Assembly (NCBI GenBank): GCA_944351765.1
Contig: CALVPR010000003.1
Location: 1-57,366 of the forward strand
Origin: an uncultured Bacilli bacterium
GTDB lineage: Bacteria > Bacillota_I > Bacilli_A > RF39 > UBA660
Reading direction: 5' to 3'
DNA: 57,366 bases
The notes under the pieces are model-generated. The model was given only the letters and a program-made list of their open reading frames with translations, was not told the DNA's origin and made no database searches. Made by a program: the position numbers and the translations under genes. Within the stretch, counting starts at the first letter, position 1; the number at the start of each line of letters is the position of its first letter. Positions 57,213 through 57,366 of this stretch are shown here, in pieces.

Positions 57213-57347
57213 TTGACTAGTTAAAAAAAATTTGGTATAGTAATGAACATGTCAGCAAAAAAGCTTTTATTTATAGATAAATACAAATAAAAAAAGTAAA
57301 AAAAAGTGAAAAAAAGTGTTGACAGTAGAAATAATAAATGATATATT
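57213..57347 (+). promoter_or_regulatory. tandem P1/P2 sigA promoters of stable-RNA (rrn) type
   Basis: TTGACT-17-TATAGT (57213-57241) and TTGACA-17-TATATT (57319-57347), each preceded by AAAAAAGTG UP-like tracts; no ORF follows. Confidence 0.7.
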
Positions 57348-57366
57348 ATTAATGCACTTGAGAAAA

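Noticed and set aside
1-57366. CRISPR array, IS/transposase, prophage or recognisable defence genes
   Set aside because: No repeat-spacer array, transposase, integrase or phage structural motifs seen inside the window

Overview
Very AT-rich chromosomal window from a spore-forming, cell-walled Firmicute. The gene content and AT-richness suggest an RF39/Bacilli-like gut organism; this is inferred. The standard code applies, with TGA as a stop. In order, the window holds: a ytlA-ytlC ABC operon whose ATPase is cut just after the LSGGM signature; an orphan VanRS-type pair with a C39 peptidase; an EndA-type nuclease; a polar amino-acid ABC importer with arcABCD; dCMP deaminase; tsaEB-rimI-tsaD; tRNA-Asn; polA-CDF-mutM-ylmH; tmcAL; an ltaS-yfhO-GT2-gtrA operon divergent from a second ltaS and ctpA; a complete but convergent agr locus, including an agrD missed by the ORF track; ZIP, MurJ-like and GT-C genes; a pseudo-EIIB; an orphan Kin-like kinase under three Spo0A boxes; a small Smr protein; two RMF-like repeat proteins; rbfA-nrnA-truB; rplM-rpsI; a gerA-type receptor operon; dacB-spmAB; an unannotated sigG-type 46-aa ORF; a degenerate rnfCD pair; a class B sortase with a probable ATT start; DUF402; and tandem stable-RNA-type promoters at the right edge. 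Best leads are the possible skin-like element interrupting ytlC, the convergent agr system with a predicted six-residue AIP ring, the Spo0A-box kinase feedback loop and the RMF-like cassette. All calls were made by eye, with no searches run.
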